IMG/VR virus record: IMGVR_UViG_3300014205_000173
Strand: one strand, 5' to 3'
Source: a virus
Taxonomy: Duplodnaviria > Caudoviricetes
Length of the DNA stretch: 64,000 bases
The notes beneath the pieces were generated by a model. That model was not told the DNA's origin. It saw nothing but the letters and a program-made list of their open reading frames with translations, and searched no databases. Positions 22,001 to 32,491 of this stretch are shown here, piece after piece; the first letter of the stretch is position 1; each line of letters starts with the position of its first letter. A program made the position numbers and the translations under genes.

Positions 22001-25000
22001 AAATTATCACCAACCAAAACATCTTTCACTACAATTGTTCTGTTATTTTTCGTATCTGTTGGTAATAAATTTGTCCAAAATTCATAAGAGTTTGAAAGAA
22101 CTGTTTTTAATTCTTTTGAAATTAAAAGACGATCATCTGCGACGATAGTTGCACTTTCAATAACATTTGCTGGAGATATTGTCTGAGAACCTTGAATATA
22201 AAATGGCACCGAATAAACTTCTGACTCATTTCCAGCTTTATCTTTTACCTTAAAAAATAAAATTTTAAATCCACCACCAGAAACACTAATACTATGAGTA
22301 AACCTTTTAAAACCATAGTCAGTTCTTGATGTTTCTATGTCTAAAACGTCGCTATTATTCATCGAGACATATTCTATATCTGGAGAATTATCCATATAAT
22401 ACTCTACAGCATCTATAGGACTTCTAGACGTTCTAATTTCACTAAAAATATCCTCAGAAATACTTGAAAAATTTAAATCATAGTTATATGCATATTCATT
22501 TAGTTTTTGAATTTTAATTGGAACTTTTGATGGAACTCCATCTGTTTTTATTCCAAAAAAATGTTCCGATGAAACCTGAGATTCTAAATCTCCACTCGCA
22601 AGCTCAACAGGAATATCTACTTCTAAAAACTTTATAGAATCTATTCCAGAAGTACTTTCATCAACATCAAAAGAGAATTTTACAACATTATCACTATCGG
22701 GATATATGAAACCAAAGATGTTTCCAAGCTCAAAAGTATCTCCAGAAATATAAGATTCTACTCCAGAAGGCAATGAATTGTTTTGTATTTCACTTCTTAA
22801 AAATAAACTTTCCTTTTGAAGAGAATCATACCCAAAAACACTTCTATCTATTTGTTCGTTAATTAATTCTGAAGACAAAACAGTTAAATAAAGACCTGAA
22901 ACACCAATAGTAGATGTTCTTGCCCAAGATATATTTTTAAAAAGCCCTTGAGTTGAATAGTCTTCAGAAATTAAAGACTGAATAAACTCTGCTTTATCGT
23001 CACCTTCTTGAAGATTAAAGATCCAAGAGGGTCCGTTTTCTCCAGTTATTTCAACATTTTCTGTCTGAATATCATTTCCTTCCCAAACGAAGGTTCTGTC
23101 ATGTGATAGGTGAGTTGATGGATATATCTTATCTAAAACTTGTTGTAATTCTGAAAAAGAATCTTCAATATCTATTGCTATAGATCTTTGAAAAATATGG
23201 TTAGAGAAATCTTTTAAAAAAATCTTCTTTCCAACATCACCGTCCTCTATATCTGCAACAGCAAAAAAACCCCTATCTGTTTGATTGTAAGATACAGGAT
23301 ATGTTAGTTCAGAACTCCAACCATCCTCATACATTGTGTATCCACAATTCAAATAATTCAAATCTGTTTTTGTTACCCCATTATTAGCAAAAGTTCTATG
23401 TTTTAATATTTTCCCCTTGCCAAAAATATTGCCGTTTTCAGGTCTTGAATTCCATTTAAACATATTGTATAAATATGGGTTTATTTGTCCTAAAAACTTA
23501 GACGTATTATTAAATCTTAAAAAGTCATTAGTATATATTAAATCTTCCAAAATGACTAAATCTTTTTCGCTATCATCTACTCTTGCACTTTTTATTTCAA
23601 TTGAATCCCAATTTATTGTATTATCTGGATTTGGATTTGGATCTGCATTATAAATATTTGGAATTGGATTTTTAGTCAAATTATTATAGGCAGTTCCATA
23701 GCTATAGTATGGTATATATTCAAACTCAGAAATATGTAATCTTACAGACCCATTATATTTTGTAATATCTGAATTGAAATTTAATTCAGTATTTCCCCAT
23801 CCAGTTACTGTTTTAACTTTATCTTCATAGTGAATTTTAATGTCTTCATATATTGTTTTTTGTGACGGAGAATCTTCATACATAAAAAGATCTCTTGGAG
23901 AAACCCTAGCTCTTCCTATAAAAACTTCATCTAAAGAAATATCTGAACCAAGATTATTTTCTGTTGTGAAAACTGACGTACAATCAGAATCTGGTCTAAA
24001 GTTAAATTCAACATAAGGATATGAAACCTGTATGACTGGATCTACCCCTTCATTTTTTAAATTCTTTTGATATTCAACAAGTTGAAGAGTTTCTTCCTTT
24101 AGATATATTTTTAAAGCTTGATCCTTCGAAAATGTTGGATTTAGATTGAAAAACATTTGATAAGAAAATGGAGAAATATAGTAAACCATATCTTCAGTTA
24201 ATGTTCCTGAATAATTCTCATGATTTACTACGCCCAAATTAGATCTAGTATAAAGAGTTGTGTTTGACGGATCAAACAATAAATTATTACTATCATTTGG
24301 TTTTTTCTGATTATTCCTATTTTGAATAACAGAAAATCCTCTTCTTGGTAAAAACGTATAGTCCGTTATACTTCCTGACGGGTTAACCATAATCTTTTTT
24401 ACTTCATCTTCATCTTTATACTGACCATAAGCAACTAAATCAACTACATTAGAATTTGTTCCGGTTTTTTTAAAAATAAGAAAAAAATCTTGGTATGGTG
24501 AAGGATATCTTACTTCAACATATTCTTCTCCAACAATAGAATTGAATGTAACAGATTCTGTTTCATCTGGAAATTTATATGTTCTTTTTTTAAATCTTCT
24601 AGAATATGCCGGGAATGTAGAGATAAAATTTTCAGTGGATTCAAATCCAATTGGATGGTTTGAAAATCCCTGATTATTATAAACACTATTTGATATAAAT
24701 GTTGGCAATCCTTGTGGTACAAAATTTACAGTCTGAGAATCACCATCATCATAATCTGCGGAATTTAAAATCAAATTAAGGGTTGGAAATATTTTTTTAC
24801 CATTAACAATTTGATCAGCCGAAACATCATCAAAAGGTCCTAGACTACTTTCTTCCTTGTTTACAGAATACTGATAAACAGATCTTACTAAATTTTGAAT
24901 AGAATATTTAGAATCATAAACCCTAGAAGATCCAGATCCAAGTATTTCAGTTAGTGATGTAGCGTTTTTATGAAAAGAAATTAATCCATAATATCTTTTA

Positions 25001-25632
25001 GAACTTTCACTTCCACTCTGAGCTTTTATGTTTATAGAATTGTCTCTATAGTCATAGTATATATAGAGACCGGGTTGCCCATCACGATCAATATGCCTAT
25101 CTTTAACAGAAACACTATCGTATAATCTTTCTGTGTATATGTAGGGGGAAGAAAGATCATTTAAAGATGTTGATAGCTTCCCAAGTGGAGATTTTGTTAA
25201 TGCGGATATATTCCTAATTACTGGAACCTTAGAATCTACTCTAACTAATCCATTTTCTGCCCAATCACTCCATTCTCTTGCAAGGGTTCCCTGCGTTCTA
25301 ATTCTCCAAACAAAGATACCATCTTCTGTTATTTCAGAACTTAAATCTAATGTTATTTGTTGTGAATTTCCAGAACCACTATATTCATAATAGTCATAAT
25401 TAGAGTTATCCAAATTAAAGGATTCCAACACCGTCTCTATTTCTTCCCTAGAGTTAATTTTTAATTTTATAACCTGTATTTGATATAAATATTGAACATC
25501 CTCTCCATTATATTTCCAAACAAAAGAGATATTTTTACCATTAGACCAATGATAATCGTTTTGTGGAGAAACTATTGTAGGAGTTCTACTTTTAATAATA
25601 AAGAAGGATACATTAGTTTGCTTTGAAATCAC
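19060..25632 (-). CDS. Large (2190 aa) virion protein: N-terminal Ig/FN3-like domain, PA14-like domain, C-terminal beta-sandwich domains
   Basis: PTIVSP..ISFVW..YQIQV..GIFVWRIRT..WSDW (FN3/Ig-like); GSFYIPKDGTYIFKI...YLIRGWH..RL..LRLLYSKPG (PA14-like); GTG start overlapping the upstream TGA. Confidence 0.65.
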   Translation of the reverse strand: MISKQTNVSFFIIKSRTPTIVSPQNDYHWSNGKNISFVWKYNGEDVQYLYQIQVIKLKINSREEIETVLESFNLDNSNYDYYEYSGSGNSQQITLDLSSEITEDGIFVWRIRTQGTLAREWSDWAENGLVRVDSKVPVIRNISALTKSPLGKLSTSLNDLSSPYIYTERLYDSVSVKDRHIDRDGQPGLYIYYDYRDNSINIKAQSGSESSKRYYGLISFHKNATSLTEILGSGSSRVYDSKYSIQNLVRSVYQYSVNKEESSLGPFDDVSADQIVNGKKIFPTLNLILNSADYDDGDSQTVNFVPQGLPTFISNSVYNNQGFSNHPIGFESTENFISTFPAYSRRFKKRTYKFPDETESVTFNSIVGEEYVEVRYPSPYQDFFLIFKKTGTNSNVVDLVAYGQYKDEDEVKKIMVNPSGSITDYTFLPRRGFSVIQNRNNQKKPNDSNNLLFDPSNTTLYTRSNLGVVNHENYSGTLTEDMVYYISPFSYQMFFNLNPTFSKDQALKIYLKEETLQLVEYQKNLKNEGVDPVIQVSYPYVEFNFRPDSDCTSVFTTENNLGSDISLDEVFIGRARVSPRDLFMYEDSPSQKTIYEDIKIHYEDKVKTVTGWGNTELNFNSDITKYNGSVRLHISEFEYIPYYSYGTAYNNLTKNPIPNIYNADPNPNPDNTINWDSIEIKSARVDDSEKDLVILEDLIYTNDFLRFNNTSKFLGQINPYLYNMFKWNSRPENGNIFGKGKILKHRTFANNGVTKTDLNYLNCGYTMYEDGWSSELTYPVSYNQTDRGFFAVADIEDGDVGKKIFLKDFSNHIFQRSIAIDIEDSFSELQQVLDKIYPSTHLSHDRTFVWEGNDIQTENVEITGENGPSWIFNLQEGDDKAEFIQSLISEDYSTQGLFKNISWARTSTIGVSGLYLTVLSSELINEQIDRSVFGYDSLQKESLFLRSEIQNNSLPSGVESYISGDTFELGNIFGFIYPDSDNVVKFSFDVDESTSGIDSIKFLEVDIPVELASGDLESQVSSEHFFGIKTDGVPSKVPIKIQKLNEYAYNYDLNFSSISEDIFSEIRTSRSPIDAVEYYMDNSPDIEYVSMNNSDVLDIETSRTDYGFKRFTHSISVSGGGFKILFFKVKDKAGNESEVYSVPFYIQGSQTISPANVIESATIVADDRLLISKELKTVLSNSYEFWTNLLPTDTKNNRTIVVKDVLVGDNLGGLINHPYVNDLLIGFSDNYGLSYNVYSPYSSIVGWNFKRPISIKVKGFSSGYKGPDWFFDPNDVRHYIPDTAEDYSQGVGENNNIVNVQNFHIPVNPGSTPRTLIGFLDENTENYARSNPVAKEIYNNREEFIGKSLIIGSAQDFSFKILDVFRSNNLSPSIRFDSNGLQTDDYSADSDGGTTISSVLRQKIWILIEDEEGIAATILSRKFQYITEDIEEINFITKSGTGWRDSLKDSFDTENRTVKFGYYPVEDEIPSSVNSIINDSLKITKNITADVDSLVSGDNQTPTAIVGTSDEYIYIDPAEFDDTSSGISSNEGWTTRIYQGYSHIGFISTPQTILDQVQHHQLLGINFYNKLVFGQNYTVSAKIFKVFYDSSLDESYVVLHESGIDYTMRNLSYSIVDSLGNNISLGSIDNEIKNISIDGDLLVVSGDISTILNVDSEYLPDDSYVFNVVVDGLDGIDDSTGLEFDRGWWPKIDGLPIPPIDQKIGSSMSLWNEFNIKFALVSTGSFYIPKDGTYIFKIEKDLYSYSDFSIDFFGKDVERYVEEDGEYVKKITSIYFNSTSGETEKEKEVYLIRGWHTARLRNLTENTFSEESYKNYLRLLYSKPGWEDSDGNYFFVPLVGSNNEDMNFMSRAYRSVFGRIIDKDYSRFPKQDWEVDPEENYIIEEKLLKAVVGFKESPTAEEITSYYNYQAIKIDRDSGDDSRPTISSTIPAETRPTYAGEILEEAQATYISNVFDGGSDFRFWKEISWTSSKPTGTTVEFEVRTGSSEEDLLLKTWNNIGTETVTEILDPFTISGQELVDFSQLSVDNNNNLILKRFIQFKIILKSSIKDVTPTVDDVTITYSKQNSVNFFTTTFNLTSNIVRSILTYNGDIPTSPSGVALSDIQFGISTEEDVNGKVITNFDEYTIIPTNEVFSLSSIGVQSNNKFRIGIRFISTDGSIPSVDEMAILFETDGERDQVKDLIDRVDNG

Positions 25633-26597
25633 AGGTCTTCTCCTTCGTTAAACGCATACGATGCAACCGTTAGATTAAAAACTACTTCAGAATAAATTTT
25701 TTGTTCTCCACTGGAAGCGATTGTTAAGTTTCCATCATCAATTTCAGGAGCTTCATAAATCATCGCAGAAACCGTTCTTCCACCACTTCCAGTTAGATTT
25801 CTTGATACTTGTGGAGTTTGTCTATTTAGCTGAGTTTCTTTTCCCCACCCATCAATTTGATTTAAAGAAATATCTTTGTTTATAGAAACCTCAACAGAAG
25901 AATATCCATCAGAATCTGTTTCTAGTGAACTTGGATTTATTATAACTCCCGGAGACCCCCAAAAAAATACCCTTACATTTCCCTGAGGAATACTATCTTT
26001 CAAAACTCTTGCCCTAACAACAATTGTATCAATAGAATTTGCGAAAACAAAATTTGCATACTCATAACCCCAACCATAAGAGTATGAGGATTCGAAGTTT
26101 GTAACATTTGAAGGACTTTCATCATCCTTATATCCATATCCTAAAAGATTTCCAGAAAGACCTATAACATTAAAATAATCTAGGCTGGGAGCATTTGGAT
26201 TTGAAAACTGACACTGACTACTTGTTGCCGAAATACTTACAGAATGCCCGGTTACAGAAACTTCTATTTGTCCTGTATCTGGGTTGTATGAAGAAACTAC
26301 ACCACTAATTGTTTCAGCTTCATCTATTGCATCTACTGTAATTATATTACCAACTTCCCAACCTAATCCTAACTCAATAAAACCAGTAATATTCCCAGAA
26401 AAAGAAGGTGTTAATGATGTAATATCTATATCACAAAATCCAGATCCATGAACCCCAACAATTGTAAAGTTACTTGTAGTTCCATACCCATATCCATAAA
26501 ACCCTTCATCTATTGTTTCTAGCTGTAGCTCCCACCTTGAAAAAACAGAAGAAGTTTGAGTTGTTAATATAAGGAGTTCTTGTTCTGCTATTGCCAT
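25629..26597 (-). CDS. Putative virion structural protein (322 aa) with split Gly-Tyr tag, fibre-type beta domain and C-terminal Ig-like (Big_1-like) domain
   Basis: GFYGYGYG, LDYFNV and SYSYGWGYE motifs; VRARVLKDSIPQGNVRVFF...ETDSDGYSSVEV resembles invasin-type Ig domains; AGGAG upstream of ATG. Confidence 0.6.
   Translation of the reverse strand: MAIAEQELLILTTQTSSVFSRWELQLETIDEGFYGYGYGTTSNFTIVGVHGSGFCDIDITSLTPSFSGNITGFIELGLGWEVGNIITVDAIDEAETISGVVSSYNPDTGQIEVSVTGHSVSISATSSQCQFSNPNAPSLDYFNVIGLSGNLLGYGYKDDESPSNVTNFESSYSYGWGYEYANFVFANSIDTIVVRARVLKDSIPQGNVRVFFWGSPGVIINPSSLETDSDGYSSVEVSINKDISLNQIDGWGKETQLNRQTPQVSRNLTGSGGRTVSAMIYEAPEIDDGNLTIASSGEQKIYSEVVFNLTVASYAFNEGEDL
26058..26503 (-). repeat. 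Gly-Tyr tag, split copy in the 322-aa protein
   Basis: GFYGYGYG-(about 100 aa)-SLDYFNV...GYGY...FESSYSYGWGYEY. Confidence 0.85.
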
Positions 26598-26609
26598 ACA
26601 AAAAACTCC

Positions 26610-29600
26610 TTAGATCACAAAAGATGATAGTCTAATATTCCAATTAACTAAAGATTGAGGTGTTATGTGATCTCCATCAGAATCAACCAACGGAGTATAA
26701 ACCTTAAACCCATTCATCCTTATTGTATTAGTACCTGAATTTAAAACAGTAACCCTTACCTTTTGAATATTTTTTAATGGGAAATCTATATTTAAAGGTC
26801 TTTCTATTAGTCCAAGCCCCATTGTAATATTGTCTGAGAAATATCCATCCTCATCCATTTGTGTGTTTACAGAAATATTTCCATCATAATCAGTAACAAT
26901 ACTATCTGAAGAAGATCCAAATATTGTTAGTGTTTTGTCTCCAAAAGCATTTGGTCTAAACGAATGTCTTGATAACTGATTTTGTGAAAAGTTTGTAGAA
27001 AAATTAGAACTATGATTATTTAATATAAATTCAATTAAATCTGAACTAAATCCCTCTTCAGATAAAAATTCACTGTTGGCTTCTTCTGAATCCAAAATTC
27101 TAACGTCTACAATCCTAGACTCATTTTTACTTCTTGGAATCCACCTAACTAAAGCATATTCATAATTCAAAATATTTCCAACATATATTGTTTCCCAAGT
27201 ATCTGTGCTATCAGTAACCTCAACTCTTACCGTTCTTGTGTTCTCTGAATTTGTAATATTCATACTTATTCTATTTATAGGTATCTCTTCTCCTAAATTC
27301 ATTGTAACAGAAGAGTTAGCTCCTTTAAATGACGCAAACGCAGAAGAGTTTGTTGTATATCCTTCAATTATACCTTTCAAATCATCTACAATAATAAGTT
27401 CTGGATTATATACGCTTCCCGTGGTTGTAAATGTATTATCAACATCCTGAATGAATGTTTTAAATTTTAAATTATTTAATCTTAAAATTAATCCAGAACT
27501 TACTTTAATTCTTATAGCTTTTGTATACACAGAGAGTCCAGAAAGTGAAACTGTTTCATCTCTATCAGAATCAAAAATCACATCTCCTATAGAAACCCAA
27601 TCACTATCAGAATATAAATCCCTACTATAGATTTGTTTTTCAAATATTGGAATTATTGAGAAGTTAAATGAGGATAAATCATCTGCATTATAATCGGTTC
27701 CGTCGTAATATGCATTAAACCCTATCTTACTGATGTAAATTGGTTTTGGAAAAATAACATAAATATACCCAACCGAAGAAAGATAAACTCCGCCATTTAT
27801 ATTTTCTGTTAAAATATTTTCAACGTTAGCTAGTGATCCTTGAGATTGTACATTTCTATGATAAATTCCACTAACAACAATATCTTTATCTGTTGTTAAA
27901 CTTGTTTCTTTTGCGCCAGAAAAATCAACATCTGTAAACCTTAATCCCTTAACAATAACTTCAGCAAATGGCGACTTAATAGACTTCACAGTATCATAAG
28001 TAACATAGTCATAGCTTACCAAAGGAAATGCATTGTCTTTAATTAATTTAGTACTTTCTAGTCTAAAAAAGTTAGATTGAAGATCTGTTGGTAATGATTT
28101 ACTAAATAACATTATCTTTTCAAATAAGCCTACATCAACTATTCTCTCTTGAGCAATTGGTATTGTTATTGACTCTGGATCTGTAAATAATTCTTCTAAT
28201 GTTTCTGCATGTTTTAAAGTTAATGTTGTTTGTGTTGGATCAACTAAAAGGTCTGGTAAATTAATTTCACCAACTTCTAAGTCTTCTACATTTTTAATTT
28301 CAACAGGACTAAATGCCGTTTCTCTTAAATTATACATCATTGAAATATTCTGTGGAAGTTTATCTCCAACAGTCAATCTCGTTATATGTCTTTTTGGAAT
28401 GTTTGAATCTATCAAGTTAGTTTCCAACGAACTTGTTGTAACTCTTTCTTTTTCAATTTTCATTTCTGTTAAAAATGTAACTCTTCCAGCTTGAGAAATG
28501 TCAACCTTAAATGTATTTACTTCCTCAAGGGTTGAAAATCCGGGCAAAGCTCTTTCGTAAGAAGGTTTATCTATATCGAAATTATATGTGTTTATTCCTA
28601 TTCTACTGCCTTCTGCATTTATTGTAGTTTCGCTAGTTGAAACTCCAGCAGAAGAACCCGCAAAAACCCTTGTTAGCCCCCAATCTTTTGGATGTTGTTT
28701 ATACCCATAAGTTTTATAAACTTGAGCACCTCTATTATCGTTGTCCGAAACTAAATAGCAAATTCCACCTTGAGAAACAAGTCTTGGATTTCTATTATAA
28801 AGATCATTTTCTATTGTTCCTCCAACTTGTGGTGCTTGGCTACCAAGTAAATCTGGAGAGCCTCCAACCATCCAACAATACTTTCCAATTCTTGGATTCT
28901 CTCTTCCAATATTTAATGCAGGATAGTCCCTTAATAATGTTGAAGATTCAAAGAAATCATATTTACTTAAAGTTTTATGATGATAAACCCCCCACTTACT
29001 TCCCAAAAACTCCATTGATTTGTATGGAGCAACAACCAATCCCCTATCACCATCACCCTCCCACTGATTTACAGGAGTAGTTGGGCTTGAAATAAAATCA
29101 TCTGCATTATCATCTATCTTATACGAAGTATCATCATAAAACTCAAAAGCATTATTAAGTGTTCTTCTGTCATACATTATCCATCTAATTCCATGATCAA
29201 AATAATCATAATTAGATATAAGTGCAGTAACATTTTCCTCATCAACACCAGAAAGATAAACGTAATTTCCGATAGTTACACCACTAGTAAATTTACTTAT
29301 TTTAAAGCTTCTTGTGTAAAACTGATTTGATTCTATAAACTCAGGAAGAAATCTTGTTCTCACTAATCCAGAGGTTATAAGATCTGACAAGGCAGGTCCA
29401 TCTGCTGTAATAAGTTTTCTTATTGCAACATATCTTGTTCCAGTAGGTGTTCCATCGTCATTAAAAATAGTTCCTTTTTCATAAGGAAAAACTAATGCAG
29501 CACTTGCATCAACTTCACTTCCACCATTGTCATCTAAGTCAAAATAAACATCTTCTTCATAGGTAAACCAAATTGGAAATTTTCTTAAAACCTTTGTTCT

Positions 29601-32456
29601 TCCAAAACTAATATCATGGGCTATGTGAAATGGTGTTCTATAGTCAGAAAGACCATCATATTTTCCAGAAGATGAAGTCCAAACATGCAATATTTTTTCA
29701 ACTAGCTCCATATATACTACACGATCAGGAGCCTTAAACGAAACCAAACTTCCACTAACGCTCGTTTCGTCAACCGCACACTCTGTATATCCAACAAGCC
29801 AATCCTGACTTATGTTTCCATCAATAACTTCATCAAATGTTAATAGGTTGTTTGTTTTATATACTTCTGCCATACTAGGTTTAAATGCAGTAGAAATAAG
29901 CCAATAGTTATTTGCATAATCTGTTGCGAACACTGCTGTTGGCTTATGCTCTTGCAAACACATATATGTATTTCCACCGCTAGATACATAGTCTCCGAAT
30001 TGATATGTGTTTGACGCAACTCCATTATGTGCAAAGTATGTTTGTGTTGAATTTTCAGCAGAAGTTTGAGTTAGTGCTGTTGCTGTTCCAAAATATAAAG
30101 TATCATACACACTTAAAATAGAAGTTATCTCATATTCGTGTTCAAGACTTGGATCGAATCCTCTACCGTCTAGCCCACCTAAAATTCCTATCCATACTAA
30201 ATCTCCAGCACTATATGCATCTTCCAAAACTGGTTGAACTCCACCAGAGGCACATCTGTAAACATGTCCATCATACTTTATTAAATCTCCCAACAAGTAT
30301 GGTAAGCCATCCCACTCTTCAACAATTCTTGTTGCTGATGATCTTGCGTGCATTTGTCTTGTAAAGGCAGATGTTTGAACCAAAGAAGCTTTAACTAATG
30401 ATGTTCTAAAATCTAAACTATTTGCAATAGTTGAAATATTTAATTTCCATATACCAAACTTCGAAATAGCATCAGGAGAACCATATCTTGCATCACCATT
30501 ATAGCTATTTGAATTTCTTCTATTATTTAATATAGTAAAATATAAATATCCATTTTCTCCAATAGAGTTCCCTATAAATTTCGCTGCCTTGTAGTCTGAA
30601 TCTATATTTGGATAAACTCTTTTGTTGTCAGACGCAAAATCTGGACTAACCCCCAGCGATGAAGAATCTATAACCCTCGCCTCAAATCTTCCATCATAAG
30701 GATCTTCATTTTCAATTCTTACTACTCTAAAATTCACTGTACTTGGAGCAGTATCTTGAGAAAAGTCAGAAAAAGAAACAATTAAATTACAGAATGGTCT
30801 GCATGGTCTAATTACATCATTTTCCCCAGTTGTATATTCATCAAGGTGTTTTGGAAAAACCTGCATTAAAGCAAATAAAGAATCCCCTTCAAGCGTTTGA
30901 GCAACAGTAGTTTCGTGAATTCCAATATATCTATTTGTATATGATGTATTTGGGTTCCCTAGTACAGCAACATTTGTATAGACCCCTCTTTCATCAGTAT
31001 TTGTTACATCATATGGATCATAATCTGATGTAACTTCAATATCTATAAAAGACCAATCGTTTGGAGAGTCAACGCTAGATATTATACCCTTAAAGGTCAT
31101 TTTAGGAGATGAACCTGAATAGTACGGAACAGAAGTATACCAGCTAGTATCATTTGTTTGATATTTAGGGAATCCAATATAATATTTCCCAATTTTAGTT
31201 ATATTATTATAACCACGAATAAATCTATCTTGATCACTTGTAGATGGTATCGTAACATAGTCTAAAATCTCTACCTCATCTCCCGGCTTTTCTAGTGAAA
31301 AATCTATATATGATGGGTTTGAGCTTGTGGTTGGAACTCTATTCCCATCATCATCAACATCAGAGTATTTCATTTCTGCGAAATGCGCCCAATACTCCAA
31401 AGAAGATCTATTTGAAGTATCGTCTATAATCCCTCTTTCATATTCTATTCTATGTTTATCTTCTTCATATCCGTCATAAATACTTACAACTCCAATCTTT
31501 TTATATTCAGTATCCATATATGCATCTGGCAAATACGGTTTAGGAATTGGAGGTAATCTATCTGGCTGAACAAAAACAATAAAACTAGCATTTTCATCAA
31601 GTGTAGGGCTTGCATTTATAGTTTTGTTATAAAAAGCTTTTCCAGAAAGAGGAAGTGTGCCTTCCTTGAAATAATAAAACCTCATCATTGACTGATCTGT
31701 TTCTTCGCTTGTTCCGTTAGCAGAATTAGTAGGAGGTTCTTGAAAAAATTGAACTGAAATATCATTTGTTATAGAAGATTCTTTTTCAACATAAAGAAAT
31801 GTAGAATAACCCCTTCTTGCAGAAGCTCCGGTTCCACCTAAGCTTACAGAACCAGAATCAAAATCACTAACGCTATCAACTTCCTTTCCGGTAAATCCAA
31901 GAACAAAACACCCTGTTCTTAAGCTACCAGAAGAAGATGTTGGAACTAATTCATTAGACCAATCTTCTGTTGATGTTTTTGCTAAAAAAATAGGGAATAT
32001 TTCATTTCTATATGTTTTTGAAAAATATATTTTTGGAGATAATGTCTCCACCGTTTCGTTAGAACTAAAAACAATGGCATAGTAACTTCCCTGATTTAAT
32101 GTTATTTCTGTATCAATATAATACCAAAGAGCTTCAGAAAATGGTTCTGCCTCATTGTCAGGTGAATTTAAATAATTTAACTGCCCACTAAAACTTACTA
32201 ATTCGACATCAGGAAGATAACTAGTACTGTTTCCGGAGCCAGTAGTAGTTACTGTAAAAATTTTTACAATTAAGTTATTTGTTTCTGGCAAATCTGCCAT
32301 AAAAAAGATTCTTGGCTGAGAAGAACTTTCTTTTGCAAAAAAAACTTGAGAATAACTTTTACTTAAAGAAACAGAAAGAGCCCTTCCGTCAACAGTCCCC
32401 TCCACATCTATAGGTGTAAAAAAAGACTCATATGCTCTCATTAGGGTTGTTGACAT
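26610..32456 (-). CDS. Large (1948 aa) virion adhesin-like protein with CBM5/12-like repeats and C-terminal discoidin/galactose-binding-like domains
   Basis: W..PYLLGDLIKYDGHVYRC and YQFGDYVSSGGNTYMCLQEH..F.TD...YW motifs; IYVIFPKPIYISKI..TKAIRIKV and VTMNLGEEIPINRI..IQKVRVTV jelly-roll patterns; GGAGG SD. Confidence 0.6.
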   Translation of the reverse strand: MSTTLMRAYESFFTPIDVEGTVDGRALSVSLSKSYSQVFFAKESSSQPRIFFMADLPETNNLIVKIFTVTTTGSGNSTSYLPDVELVSFSGQLNYLNSPDNEAEPFSEALWYYIDTEITLNQGSYYAIVFSSNETVETLSPKIYFSKTYRNEIFPIFLAKTSTEDWSNELVPTSSSGSLRTGCFVLGFTGKEVDSVSDFDSGSVSLGGTGASARRGYSTFLYVEKESSITNDISVQFFQEPPTNSANGTSEETDQSMMRFYYFKEGTLPLSGKAFYNKTINASPTLDENASFIVFVQPDRLPPIPKPYLPDAYMDTEYKKIGVVSIYDGYEEDKHRIEYERGIIDDTSNRSSLEYWAHFAEMKYSDVDDDGNRVPTTSSNPSYIDFSLEKPGDEVEILDYVTIPSTSDQDRFIRGYNNITKIGKYYIGFPKYQTNDTSWYTSVPYYSGSSPKMTFKGIISSVDSPNDWSFIDIEVTSDYDPYDVTNTDERGVYTNVAVLGNPNTSYTNRYIGIHETTVAQTLEGDSLFALMQVFPKHLDEYTTGENDVIRPCRPFCNLIVSFSDFSQDTAPSTVNFRVVRIENEDPYDGRFEARVIDSSSLGVSPDFASDNKRVYPNIDSDYKAAKFIGNSIGENGYLYFTILNNRRNSNSYNGDARYGSPDAISKFGIWKLNISTIANSLDFRTSLVKASLVQTSAFTRQMHARSSATRIVEEWDGLPYLLGDLIKYDGHVYRCASGGVQPVLEDAYSAGDLVWIGILGGLDGRGFDPSLEHEYEITSILSVYDTLYFGTATALTQTSAENSTQTYFAHNGVASNTYQFGDYVSSGGNTYMCLQEHKPTAVFATDYANNYWLISTAFKPSMAEVYKTNNLLTFDEVIDGNISQDWLVGYTECAVDETSVSGSLVSFKAPDRVVYMELVEKILHVWTSSSGKYDGLSDYRTPFHIAHDISFGRTKVLRKFPIWFTYEEDVYFDLDDNGGSEVDASAALVFPYEKGTIFNDDGTPTGTRYVAIRKLITADGPALSDLITSGLVRTRFLPEFIESNQFYTRSFKISKFTSGVTIGNYVYLSGVDEENVTALISNYDYFDHGIRWIMYDRRTLNNAFEFYDDTSYKIDDNADDFISSPTTPVNQWEGDGDRGLVVAPYKSMEFLGSKWGVYHHKTLSKYDFFESSTLLRDYPALNIGRENPRIGKYCWMVGGSPDLLGSQAPQVGGTIENDLYNRNPRLVSQGGICYLVSDNDNRGAQVYKTYGYKQHPKDWGLTRVFAGSSAGVSTSETTINAEGSRIGINTYNFDIDKPSYERALPGFSTLEEVNTFKVDISQAGRVTFLTEMKIEKERVTTSSLETNLIDSNIPKRHITRLTVGDKLPQNISMMYNLRETAFSPVEIKNVEDLEVGEINLPDLLVDPTQTTLTLKHAETLEELFTDPESITIPIAQERIVDVGLFEKIMLFSKSLPTDLQSNFFRLESTKLIKDNAFPLVSYDYVTYDTVKSIKSPFAEVIVKGLRFTDVDFSGAKETSLTTDKDIVVSGIYHRNVQSQGSLANVENILTENINGGVYLSSVGYIYVIFPKPIYISKIGFNAYYDGTDYNADDLSSFNFSIIPIFEKQIYSRDLYSDSDWVSIGDVIFDSDRDETVSLSGLSVYTKAIRIKVSSGLILRLNNLKFKTFIQDVDNTFTTTGSVYNPELIIVDDLKGIIEGYTTNSSAFASFKGANSSVTMNLGEEIPINRISMNITNSENTRTVRVEVTDSTDTWETIYVGNILNYEYALVRWIPRSKNESRIVDVRILDSEEANSEFLSEEGFSSDLIEFILNNHSSNFSTNFSQNQLSRHSFRPNAFGDKTLTIFGSSSDSIVTDYDGNISVNTQMDEDGYFSDNITMGLGLIERPLNIDFPLKNIQKVRVTVLNSGTNTIRMNGFKVYTPLVDSDGDHITPQSLVNWNIRLSSFVI

Positions 32457-32491
32457 ATTTTAAATCCTCCGATTTTCAACTTATCATACGA

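Noticed and set aside
164-32456. Diversity-generating retroelement or invertible fibre cassette
   Set aside because: No reverse transcriptase or recombinase gene, and no near-identical template/variable repeat pair noticed; a self dot-plot would be needed to exclude this fully.
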